Positions 10,033 to 18,917 of a DNA stretch of 63,547 nucleotides are shown piece after piece. Position 1 is the stretch's first letter. Each line of letters begins with the position of its first letter. A model generated the notes under the pieces. The model was not told where the DNA came from, ran no database searches, and saw nothing but the letters and a program-made list of their open reading frames with translations. This DNA comes from Cryomorphaceae bacterium (lineage in GTDB: Bacteria; Bacteroidota; Bacteroidia; Flavobacteriales; BACL11). The stretch spans positions 1-63,547 of the forward strand of contig CATEYX010000055.1 in NCBI GenBank assembly GCA_949511925.1. The letters run 5' to 3'. Position numbers and translations under genes: made by a program.

Positions 10033-11438
10033 TAATCCTGAAAAGTTGAGAACGGAAAAGTTCTAATACCAACTGAATACCATAAAGAAGTCTGATCTAA
10101 TAGATCAGACTTTTCATTTTTATAAAATACTGAACCGAATACATCAAACCATTTAAACGAATAAGCCATTTCAGTATGTAAAGTGTTTATCTGCGTAGCA
10201 ATTCCTTGTCCATTAAAATTCCCATATGAATATTCATCTCCATCCCCTTGAGCGTCAAAATCAGTAGCAAATATATTTTGCCCATAGTGCGTATAAAGAG
10301 AATCTAAACCAACTTTAGCATGCGTTAATTTAATACTAAACTTCCATTTTTCTTTACTATAATTTACAAGCGCAACTAATTCTTTAAAATTTGCACCCAA
10401 AGGATGTGCTAAGGATTGGTTTAAATGAGTGTAAGATTGCATGGGCTCTTTGTGCGCGTAAGTATAGGGTTGTGCTTGATTATATTCCAATAATACATTT
10501 ACTCCTTTAAAAGAAGATTTAACACCAAATTGATAAGCAAACTTATTCTGAAAAAAACCACCACCATATTCCTCATCCCTATCCTTTTGTCTAGATATAT
10601 TCAAATCATCTAATAAAAGCTGACCATACAAAGTTGTTATCTTAAGTTTTGCATTAAAATTCACCCCCATTAACACATTATCAGGCGAATGTTTTGAAAA
10701 CTCCACTGGGCGATAAAAAATAATTGGATTCAAATATTCAACATCATATCCCCTATTATAATTTTCATCTTTTGCTTGCCAAATTACACCCTCAAAAATA
10801 CCAATATTTATATTTTCTGTAAAACTAAAATCCAAAAAGTGAATGGAAGAATGCTTTTTTCTATTCTGATTTGGATCTTGTATATCCAAGAAAGTAGTGT
10901 ATAAATTATAATATCTAACTCTTCCAAATTCAGTAGATAATTTTAAATACGGATAAGGAGAGTGTTCAGCAGATAACATAAGAGAACGATACCCATTTCC
11001 TATAAAGTGTTTTCCCTTTCCAAAATCAACAGTTATGAATTTATTCACAAAATACTTCAGGTTATATTGCAACCTACTTTTATCTCTTCCAAATCCAGGG
11101 AAAACAAGTAATGAATCTTGATATTCGTTTATCAATGCATTATGATTTCCTCCTAAGTAATCAAAATGAGAAGTAAAAGTTATTTTATTATTAAGATTAG
11201 AAGACAAACTAGCTCCAAATAAATATGTACCTATATAATCTGATTTACTAGCTGACTCTATGCCAAATAATCTTGAACCTATACTAAAATGTTGATTTGT
11301 ATCAGAATCACAACTTATAAGCGAATCAGAATAATCGTTAAATAGAGAATGGTTTTCAGCAGAATAAAATGTATTTATCTGAGAGCTTGCAGAAATAGGA
11401 AAGAATAATATTAAGCAAAATTTATAAAGCGTTTTCAT
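10029..11438 (-). CDS. Outer-membrane beta-barrel protein, tentatively of the Wzi-like capsule-assembly family
   Basis: I chose the internal Met (MKTLYKFCLILFFPISASSQ, a signal peptide) over the track start at 11519. Alternating beta-strand-like sequence, a GNGYRSLMLS motif and an aromatic C-terminus. It is the last gene of the glycan locus. Confidence 0.5.
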   Translation of the reverse strand: MKTLYKFCLILFFPISASSQINTFYSAENHSLFNDYSDSLISCDSDTNQHFSIGSRLFGIESASKSDYIGTYLFGASLSSNLNNKITFTSHFDYLGGNHNALINEYQDSLLVFPGFGRDKSRLQYNLKYFVNKFITVDFGKGKHFIGNGYRSLMLSAEHSPYPYLKLSTEFGRVRYYNLYTTFLDIQDPNQNRKKHSSIHFLDFSFTENINIGIFEGVIWQAKDENYNRGYDVEYLNPIIFYRPVEFSKHSPDNVLMGVNFNAKLKITTLYGQLLLDDLNISRQKDRDEEYGGGFFQNKFAYQFGVKSSFKGVNVLLEYNQAQPYTYAHKEPMQSYTHLNQSLAHPLGANFKELVALVNYSKEKWKFSIKLTHAKVGLDSLYTHYGQNIFATDFDAQGDGDEYSYGNFNGQGIATQINTLHTEMAYSFKWFDVFGSVFYKNEKSDLLDQTSLWYSVGIRTFPFSTFQDY

Positions 11439-12807
11439 CACCCTTAAATATATTCCAAACTGTATAAAAAATAATATTAATATCAACTGATAAAGACCAA
11501 TTTTCAATATACCAAACATCTAAACGAACACGCCCCTCCATATCCCTTAATTCCTTAGTTTCTCCTCTATAGCCTTTTATCTGAGCTGCTCCTGTAATAC
11601 CTGGCTTCACTAACTGACGAACCATGTACTTATTAATCAAAGCAGAATATTCCTCAGTATGCAACAACATGTGAGGTCTTGGTCCCACTATGGACATATC
11701 GCCCATAAACACATTAAAAAATTGAGGGAATTCATCTAAAGATGATCTTCTAAGGAAAGCACCTATTTTGGTAATACGAGTATCACCTTTAAATGCTTGC
11801 TTGGTATCTGCGTCAACACTCTGATTCATAGAACGAAACTTAAAACACATAAACTCCACATTACCTACTCCAGAGCGCGCCTGCCTAAACAACACAGGCC
11901 CTTTTGATGAGAGCTTAATTAAAATCGCAATAACAGGATATAACCAAGACAATACAAAAACAATAACTAAAGCTGAAAACAAGATATCAAATATTCGTTT
12001 AAAAAACCGATTTGTAATATCAGTAAGCGGTTCAGCTCTTAATGTTACTACAGGTACATCATCATAAAAATCAATATTTACACGTTTAAAAAGAAAGCCC
12101 CTAAAATCAGGAATTATTTTAAAGCGAATCATATTTTGATCACAAAAATCAACTAAACCTTTAATCTTTTGAGTATAAGTTAATGGCATGCAATAATAGA
12201 TCTCATCAACCTCATTATTCAAAGCAAATGATTCTAATTCATGCAATCCACCTTTACGAATATTATCCTTAACATCAAAAGAAATATCACTATCAGAAAA
12301 AATACCTTTAACTCTTATACCTAAAACATCATCTGAAATAAAATAATTATACAATTGATTTGCAACCTCATTACCACCAATAATTAATACTCTTTTATAA
12401 TTAAAGCCAGATTTTCTAAAAAGATAAATTAATTTAATTGCCGAATAACGCCAAAACATTATTAAAACAAAAAGCAAGACATAAGTTGCATATAAATGCT
12501 CTCTTGAAAACTCAGAAGCTTTAAGTGAAAACAGAATAGCACTAATAACTAAAGCATTAAAAATAAAAGCCTTAAATAAATTAAAAAGAACCCTATCTAA
12601 CCTTCTTAATCGCTTCAGTTTATACAATTTAAGAAACAAAGCAACCAAGACCCAAATTCCATTAAAAATGATGAACAAAAATTTGTATTTATCAGAGAAC
12701 ATTAAAGTCTCAAATTTTAAATAATAAGTAAGTAAAAATGCAAAATTTACAATGAACAAATCACCTGTAAAGTGAATTACCCAAAAATATTGTGAATATC
12801 CTTTCAT
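11422..12807 (-). CDS. Polyprenyl-phosphate hexose-1-phosphate transferase (WbaP/WcaJ-type, large initiating sugar transferase)
   Basis: N-terminal transmembrane (TM) helices, a central Rossmann-like region and a C-terminal bacterial sugar transferase domain (FKRIFDILFS...KGPVLFRQARSG...FKFRSM...DEFPQFFNVFMGDMSIVGPRPH). Confidence 0.88.
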   Translation of the reverse strand: MKGYSQYFWVIHFTGDLFIVNFAFLLTYYLKFETLMFSDKYKFLFIIFNGIWVLVALFLKLYKLKRLRRLDRVLFNLFKAFIFNALVISAILFSLKASEFSREHLYATYVLLFVLIMFWRYSAIKLIYLFRKSGFNYKRVLIIGGNEVANQLYNYFISDDVLGIRVKGIFSDSDISFDVKDNIRKGGLHELESFALNNEVDEIYYCMPLTYTQKIKGLVDFCDQNMIRFKIIPDFRGFLFKRVNIDFYDDVPVVTLRAEPLTDITNRFFKRIFDILFSALVIVFVLSWLYPVIAILIKLSSKGPVLFRQARSGVGNVEFMCFKFRSMNQSVDADTKQAFKGDTRITKIGAFLRRSSLDEFPQFFNVFMGDMSIVGPRPHMLLHTEEYSALINKYMVRQLVKPGITGAAQIKGYRGETKELRDMEGRVRLDVWYIENWSLSVDINIIFYTVWNIFKGDENAL

Positions 12808-12939
12808 CTAATACAAAGATATCAATTAACTCAAGCTATGATAAGTACCAAGCATACATTTTTCAACAGCTTTGTTATGAGATATTTCATGTTTCTATCA
12901 GGCTCTAAATACTAAATTCAAAAACAATCTTAAATACGA

Positions 12940-13611
12940 TTAGCTTAACTTATTCTTAAATAAATCAAATATAATAATAATAATTGCATGTGGATAATCA
13001 ATAAAATATCGCCTTATTAATTTCGGTTCATCATACATTCTGAAAAAAGCCCGTAATCCTAAAGTATTTACCCAATTTGGGTAATACCTAATTCCTGCTG
13101 CGGTTTGGTGCAGGAAACCTCCACATGTGTAGCCTTTTCCAGTCCAACCAGAATTTTTCAAATCAATCAAAAATTGTTCTTGCAATGGAGTTCCCATTCC
13201 ACAAATAACATAATCAGCTTTTAGAGAATTAATAATATCCAAAACAACAACTATCTCATTATCATTAATATAACCATCTCGATAACCACAGATATTTAAT
13301 TTAGGAAACTGATCCTTAATATTCTTAATAGCTAAATCAATTACTTTAGGTTTCGATCCAATAAAATAAAGTGATTTATTATTTTTAATTGCATCATTAA
13401 AGACTACAGGAGCTAAGGAAGTCATATCAAAGCTTTTTCGCTTATATTTAAATCCAAATAAATTTAATAAAATCACTAATAAACCTCCATCAATATTAAT
13501 ATTAAAATGACTTAACTGATCCTTATTACTCCTTGCTAACAAATAAGAAAAAGGGTTTAAAAATGTAGTAATCATTTTATTATTATTCTTATTTTTAATC
13601 AATTCTATCAT
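12940..13611 (-). CDS. WecB/TagA/CpsF-family glycosyltransferase (TagA/WecG-like)
   Basis: TFLNPFSY...INIDGG...YFIGSKP...ICGMGTPLQEQF...GGFLHQTA motifs. ATGA start/stop overlap with the upstream gene. Confidence 0.8.
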   Translation of the reverse strand: MIELIKNKNNNKMITTFLNPFSYLLARSNKDQLSHFNINIDGGLLVILLNLFGFKYKRKSFDMTSLAPVVFNDAIKNNKSLYFIGSKPKVIDLAIKNIKDQFPKLNICGYRDGYINDNEIVVVLDIINSLKADYVICGMGTPLQEQFLIDLKNSGWTGKGYTCGGFLHQTAAGIRYYPNWVNTLGLRAFFRMYDEPKLIRRYFIDYPHAIIIIIFDLFKNKLS

Positions 13612-14900
13612 TTAATTTCTTTTGTTATATATATTCTTTTTGCAACAATTAATAAAGATAAGAATAACCACAGAAATAGCATTGTTGTAGCGTCTAAGTC
13701 TAAAACATCGGTAAAGCTATTCATAATATAAACCAACATTAAAAATTTCCCATATTTAAAGAAACGGGTAAAGTTATTATCAGAATACACTTTCACTTTT
13801 AATTTATTCCAGATTAAAAATACAATAGAAATGAAAAGTGTAAACCCAATTACTCCCTGTTTATACAAAGTACCTAAGTAATAACTATGAGAACCCAAAG
13901 GGTAAGCTAAACCTTTGACATCCCGTTCCGTTCCCCATCCGAAAATAGGTCTTTCCAAAAAACTATTATAAGTTTGAATATAAATTTTCATTCTAGTATT
14001 CGCACTACCCTCTCCTCTTGAGTACAATAGCAAGTCAATTATTTGATGCAAAATACCAGATTGCTCTAACCACAATAAAAATAAAGCACATAATAATAAC
14101 CCTATTCCAAAAATAGAAAACTTTATTGAAAAATTTTTTATCGAAATGAAACGAAACATAATATATCCTATTGAAAAAGCCATAATAGCTACCCGACCAG
14201 TTGTAAAAAGCAGAGCTAATCCCATCATACTAAATGAAAAAATATAGAAATTTCTTGTCATTCCCTTGTTAATATTAGCGAGAAATAATGCTATTGGCAT
14301 TGTAATAGCTAAAGTTGAAGAAAACATTGTTGAATATAGAAAAAAGGAACTCACCCTAAAATAAGTACCAATTCCAATAAACCAATTATAAAAACCAATA
14401 TTTCTTACAGCAATAACGCTACCATATCCTGTTTTAGCTATTGAATTAGGCATAAAATAACCCGTTAAAGATTTAAACTGAATTCTAAATAATTCAAAAG
14501 AAAAACCTAAAACACCAACTATTGATGCAATTAACATAACAACAATAACTGCTTTTAATAACTTTTCAATCTGCCACCATTTATCTATCACATTCCAAGT
14601 AATAACTAAAAGCATTAGCGCAGTAAGATATGTGCTTAAATTCCTAAAATAAGTAATATACCTGATTTTTTCTATAATACTAAAAAAAGAAATGCCATAA
14701 ACGACAATAAAGAATGCCAATAAAAGCGTAATAATATTTGTTCTAAATTCCCATTTATTATAAATACAAAATTGAATAAAAATAAGCCCAATAGCAAAAC
14801 ACCAAAGAAACTGCTCCATTCCTAAAAACCACCAAAGTGGAAACAAAAGAATTAAGTAATATAATTCTGATACAATTCTATTTTTTAATCCTTGTCGCAA
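13608..14900 (-). CDS. Wzy-type O-antigen polymerase or O-antigen ligase-like integral membrane protein
   Basis: About 10-12 predicted TM helices with a periplasmic loop, in a glycan-locus context. The track start is TTG at 14900; the first ATG is codon 28 (14819). Confidence 0.65.
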   Translation of the reverse strand: MRQGLKNRIVSELYYLILLFPLWWFLGMEQFLWCFAIGLIFIQFCIYNKWEFRTNIITLLLAFFIVVYGISFFSIIEKIRYITYFRNLSTYLTALMLLVITWNVIDKWWQIEKLLKAVIVVMLIASIVGVLGFSFELFRIQFKSLTGYFMPNSIAKTGYGSVIAVRNIGFYNWFIGIGTYFRVSSFFLYSTMFSSTLAITMPIALFLANINKGMTRNFYIFSFSMMGLALLFTTGRVAIMAFSIGYIMFRFISIKNFSIKFSIFGIGLLLCALFLLWLEQSGILHQIIDLLLYSRGEGSANTRMKIYIQTYNSFLERPIFGWGTERDVKGLAYPLGSHSYYLGTLYKQGVIGFTLFISIVFLIWNKLKVKVYSDNNFTRFFKYGKFLMLVYIMNSFTDVLDLDATTMLFLWLFLSLLIVAKRIYITKEIK

Positions 14901-14906
14901 AAGCTT

Positions 14907-16142
14907 TTAGATATTTAAAGCAATGAATTGATAAGTACGCTTTGCTCCGTCGCTATCACTGTACTGATTATACATCTTCTTAATTACTTGATAATCCAAA
15001 ACGCTTTCCTTTAAAGCATCTGGATGTTTAAAAAACAATTCTAACTTCTCATAGAAACCATTAAAATCATATGCCTTATGTCCTGGCGTTACGGTATCGT
15101 ACTCATCATACATGGAACGATCCTTGGTTAAATAATCTTCTTTATCATAAGGATAAAACAATACCGGCTTATCTGTCAATAAGAAGTCAAAGAAAATAGA
15201 CGAATAATCAGTGATTAACAAATCAACCTTTGAAAATAACGGATACATATCACTTTCGTTATCCAATACTCTAATATTACTATACTCTTCTTTGATAGCC
15301 ATAGAATAATCATGTCTGTGTAATTTAATAAGAAAGGTAGCATCATTCTTCCTTAATAAATCATTCAATCGACCCCATTCAATAGGCGCTTCTCTATTAA
15401 AGCGATTTGTGTCACGAAAAGTAGGTGCGTATAAAATTGTCTTCTCAGTAGAAATAGAATCAATAATATTTTGCTCAAATACTAAATACCTAGCATACAA
15501 ACTAGGATTAGAGATAATGTCATTTCTAGGGTAGCCCGTAACTTCAATTTTTTTAGAACCAAAAGCAGAATTGAAATATCCTTTTACTTTCTCAGATGTA
15601 GCAATCATCAAGTCTGCAACCACAAACCATTCCGGCATAATCATTCTAACTAAATAACGTTTTATGCCCCAGGTGTGATTACCTATATAGAAAGCGTTAT
15701 GCTTAACTGTTATATCTCTATCAATTGTTTTTAATGGAGAGCCATGCCAAAGATTTACTTTAATTGCACCAGCTGAAGCCCAATGATTAATACTTCCTGT
15801 CCGAGAATCATAGACATATACTTTTGAAGATAAACTTAACCACAAGCCTTTTGCACTATATTTATAATACGCATTAAGTCCATCATTTCGTAAGCTTTCT
15901 ACTAAATCCTTGTTTTTAGTTATCCAATAGCAATTAATATCTTTTTCTGATGAACAATATAAAAATAGATATTTAGCATTGTCACTAAAATTCACACCAA
16001 CACCCGATCCAAAAACCCAACTCCTCCTATTTCTAGGCAAAAAATATACTAAGCAATAAATAAGAAACATTAAAGGGCTAATTAACTTAGGCAAGTACTT
16101 AATGCTTTTAGATGTTGATATTCCAACTAAATAATTTTTCAT
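14907..16142 (-). CDS. CDP-glycerol:poly(glycerophosphate) glycerophosphotransferase family protein (TagB/TagF-like)
   Basis: NLWHGSPLK, LYAPTFRD, KLHRHD and DLLITDYSSIFFDFLLTDKPVLFYPYDKEDY motifs, typical of the Glyphos_transf family. Confidence 0.85.
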   Translation of the reverse strand: MKNYLVGISTSKSIKYLPKLISPLMFLIYCLVYFLPRNRRSWVFGSGVGVNFSDNAKYLFLYCSSEKDINCYWITKNKDLVESLRNDGLNAYYKYSAKGLWLSLSSKVYVYDSRTGSINHWASAGAIKVNLWHGSPLKTIDRDITVKHNAFYIGNHTWGIKRYLVRMIMPEWFVVADLMIATSEKVKGYFNSAFGSKKIEVTGYPRNDIISNPSLYARYLVFEQNIIDSISTEKTILYAPTFRDTNRFNREAPIEWGRLNDLLRKNDATFLIKLHRHDYSMAIKEEYSNIRVLDNESDMYPLFSKVDLLITDYSSIFFDFLLTDKPVLFYPYDKEDYLTKDRSMYDEYDTVTPGHKAYDFNGFYEKLELFFKHPDALKESVLDYQVIKKMYNQYSDSDGAKRTYQFIALNI

Positions 16143-16263
16143 ATTATTTCCAATCTTTCAATTTAATATTCATCAATTCTGCTAATATCATAAATAGATA
16201 ATAGTTTAAATTTAATTATCATTCTATTTAGAAATAAGCATTTAATGTGTCCTTTAATCATTT

Positions 16264-17526
16264 TTAATATATATGAAATAATTTATGTTTATAAACTGCA
16301 TAAAACCGATAACTCAAAACAATAAATTCAGTAGCAATAAGCAAATATACAACATTGTAAATGTCAATAAGCCTAAAACAATATAAAACACCTAATAGAC
16401 TAACATGAAAAAGAGAACCAATAATAGTACTATAATTAGCTTCATTTTTAAAACCTAATGCTGCTAAAAAAGGATAACCAATTAATATTGATGGCACAAC
16501 TACACAAGCAACTAGTAACAAAATTCTAAAAACTTTAACCGACTCAATAAAAGTTTCCTTGGCTATTAAATGAATAATCTCAGGAGTGAATATCCAAAGA
16601 AAATAAACCCCAATAAAATTCAATATGATCACAACAGGGAATATCTTTTTAAAAAACTTTACATTTTTACTTTTAGAAATATAAGGGTAAATTACTTGGA
16701 CAATTGGCTGATAAAGCTGGCGAATAACCATGTATAATTTCTCTGCGATAGCATAATACCCAACCATAAGATTTGAAACAACTAAACCAAGTATAAAGGT
16801 ATTACTAGAAGTATAGAGAGAGACTGAAACTCTAGACAAAAAGAACATAGCACTTTCCTTGAAATAGTGCTTAATGACAACAAAAGTATTAACAACAAAA
16901 GTATGTTTAAAATATATAAATACATAATACAAAGCAAGCACACTACCAATCATAAAACCGAACCCATTAATTAAAGGCACTAATAAGTAATCAGATTCTT
17001 CCTTAATAAAAATAAATATACAAACAGTAAACAAGGTTTTAGAAACGATATTAATTATTGTAATATGCTTCATTTTTTCAATCCCTTGGAAAAACCAAAC
17101 TGGAAAAAAAGCAAATGCAATAACCTTTAAAAAAGAATAATAGTACAATAAAGAATCATCAGTAAACTGATCAAAAATACTAAGTACGATAAGGAGAATT
17201 AAAAATGAAATAACCAATAAAATAAATTTAATACTAAAAACAGCACTGATTATTTTATCTAATTTATTTGGGTTGTTAGCATTTAAGGCAACCTCTCTTG
17301 TTGCTGAAAGGTTAAAACCAAAATCGACAATAACCTCAAAATAGTACATAATAGCTTGAGCGAACATAATAAGACCAAATTTCTCTACTCCCAATACCCT
17401 AATTAAATATGGGAAAGTAATTAAAGGTAAAATATAGGTTACAATTTTCAGGGAAGCAAGAGAGAAAAAGTTATTACGAATTACTTTAAAATCCTCTTTA
17501 TTAATTATTTCGGAATCAAATTTCAT
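16264..17526 (-). CDS. wzx: Wzx-type oligosaccharide flippase (polysaccharide biosynthesis protein, MOP superfamily)
   Basis: 420 aa with about 12 TM helices. The N-terminus (NNFFSLASLKIVTYILPLITFPYLIRVLGVEKFG) is typical of Wzx. Confidence 0.8.
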   Translation of the reverse strand: MKFDSEIINKEDFKVIRNNFFSLASLKIVTYILPLITFPYLIRVLGVEKFGLIMFAQAIMYYFEVIVDFGFNLSATREVALNANNPNKLDKIISAVFSIKFILLVISFLILLIVLSIFDQFTDDSLLYYYSFLKVIAFAFFPVWFFQGIEKMKHITIINIVSKTLFTVCIFIFIKEESDYLLVPLINGFGFMIGSVLALYYVFIYFKHTFVVNTFVVIKHYFKESAMFFLSRVSVSLYTSSNTFILGLVVSNLMVGYYAIAEKLYMVIRQLYQPIVQVIYPYISKSKNVKFFKKIFPVVIILNFIGVYFLWIFTPEIIHLIAKETFIESVKVFRILLLVACVVVPSILIGYPFLAALGFKNEANYSTIIGSLFHVSLLGVLYCFRLIDIYNVVYLLIATEFIVLSYRFYAVYKHKLFHIY

Positions 17527-17533
17527 GAAATAT

Positions 17534-18898
17534 TTAGTCGTCTTCTTTTAAAATAGTTTTCAACTTAGTAGTTGATATCCCTTTAGTTCTCGGAAAGTAA
17601 AGAACTTTACAAAATTCTTTTAATTCATCAAATTTTCCTTCCCAATCATTACCCATCACAAAAATATCAATATTATTTTTTTGAATATCAGTTACCTTTT
17701 GAGCCCAATTATCTTCAGGAATCACTTTATCAACATAATCTAAAGATTCTAGCAGCTCCTTTCTTTTCTGATAAGGCAAAACACAAGTCTTTCCTTTTAA
17801 TTCATTAAACTCATCAGTTGAAATTCCAACAATTAATTTATCACCTAAAAGGCTTGCTCGTCTTAGTATCTCTAAATGACCATAATGCAATAAATCGAAA
17901 GTACCATACGTCAAAACAGTTTTAAATTTCCTATCAATTAACTTGTCAAACTCTATAGAGAGAATACTCTCCTTACTATCAAAGAATTCATGTAACTTAT
18001 TTAATAAAGGCAAACTTTCACTTACATGATCCAAAGGAAAACTGTGCACTAAATTAACAGCATTAAGCCCCTCCAATATGACAGAATTAGACTTATAATC
18101 AGCACTAAAGAAACCTTTCCCTATCAGCAAACCTAAGGTTCTATTTCTACTCAAATCATTTAAAGAAGTCATACATAAATCCCCAAATCCACAGGATAAA
18201 AACAAAGTGTCTTCACTCCCACCTAGTGACCTCAACAAAATTCTAACTTCTGAAAACGCTTTAGTTAAAATCATAAAACGAGTATTTGGCGAATTATATT
18301 TTGCATCAACAACACCCAAAATCAATGCGTAAATATTTTTTAATACACTAAGCACTTCAACACCTCTAATATCAGTAGTACAATCAATATGGAGGGAAGT
18401 ATTCTTAATTATAGCATTAATAATTTCATATTGATGATTAGTTGAATATCCTAAAGTTAATAAAGTATCGGCATGTTCCATTACTTCAACAGCGAATGAA
18501 GGCCCTTTAAGAGTTACAATGTTTGTGATTCCAAGATTTTCTTCAATACTCTCGACTACAGTTACTCCTTGAGCAAATAATCCTTTTGATAAATTCACAA
18601 ACAAAGCCTCTTCATTAAAATATGACTGAAGAATTAATAAATTTTCAATTATAACAGTAGAGGGCAAGGCAATAAAAACAACATCAGCTTTTTTAATTTC
18701 ATTTTTATCTGAAGTAGCTGATAAAAATTTAGTTAAATGCTTATTTGGGAAACAGGACTTATTAGTATGATAAATATTAATTTCATCAACTTTTTTCTGA
18801 CTTCTGGAAAACAACACTACATTATTTTCTGTATTTACTGAAAGCTCATTTGCTATTGCGGTCCCAAAGGTTCCACCTCCAAGTACTAAAATATTCAT
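17534..18898 (-). CDS. Fusion protein: NAD(P)H-dependent glycerol-3-phosphate dehydrogenase (GpsA-like, N-terminal) plus glycerol-3-phosphate cytidylyltransferase (TagD-like, C-terminal)
   Basis: N-terminal part: ILVLGGGTFGTAIA Rossmann motif, LKGPSFAVEV and SRNRTLGLLIGKG, all GpsA motifs. C-terminal ~130 aa: VLTYGTFDLLHYGHLEILRRA...ISTDEFN...VIPEDNWAQK...IDIFVMGNDWEGKFD...YFPRTKGISTT, which aligns collinearly with B. subtilis TagD. Confidence 0.85.
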   Translation of the reverse strand: MNILVLGGGTFGTAIANELSVNTENNVVLFSRSQKKVDEINIYHTNKSCFPNKHLTKFLSATSDKNEIKKADVVFIALPSTVIIENLLILQSYFNEEALFVNLSKGLFAQGVTVVESIEENLGITNIVTLKGPSFAVEVMEHADTLLTLGYSTNHQYEIINAIIKNTSLHIDCTTDIRGVEVLSVLKNIYALILGVVDAKYNSPNTRFMILTKAFSEVRILLRSLGGSEDTLFLSCGFGDLCMTSLNDLSRNRTLGLLIGKGFFSADYKSNSVILEGLNAVNLVHSFPLDHVSESLPLLNKLHEFFDSKESILSIEFDKLIDRKFKTVLTYGTFDLLHYGHLEILRRASLLGDKLIVGISTDEFNELKGKTCVLPYQKRKELLESLDYVDKVIPEDNWAQKVTDIQKNNIDIFVMGNDWEGKFDELKEFCKVLYFPRTKGISTTKLKTILKEDD

Positions 18899-18917
18899 AA
18901 TGCAAATTTAGTAACTA

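Noticed and set aside
11439-11519. 27-codon N-terminal extension of the Wzi-like ORF
   Set aside because: The extension would overlap the upstream transferase gene by 98 nt and would bury a textbook signal peptide (MKTLYKFCLILFFPISASSQ). I preferred the internal ATG at 11438.
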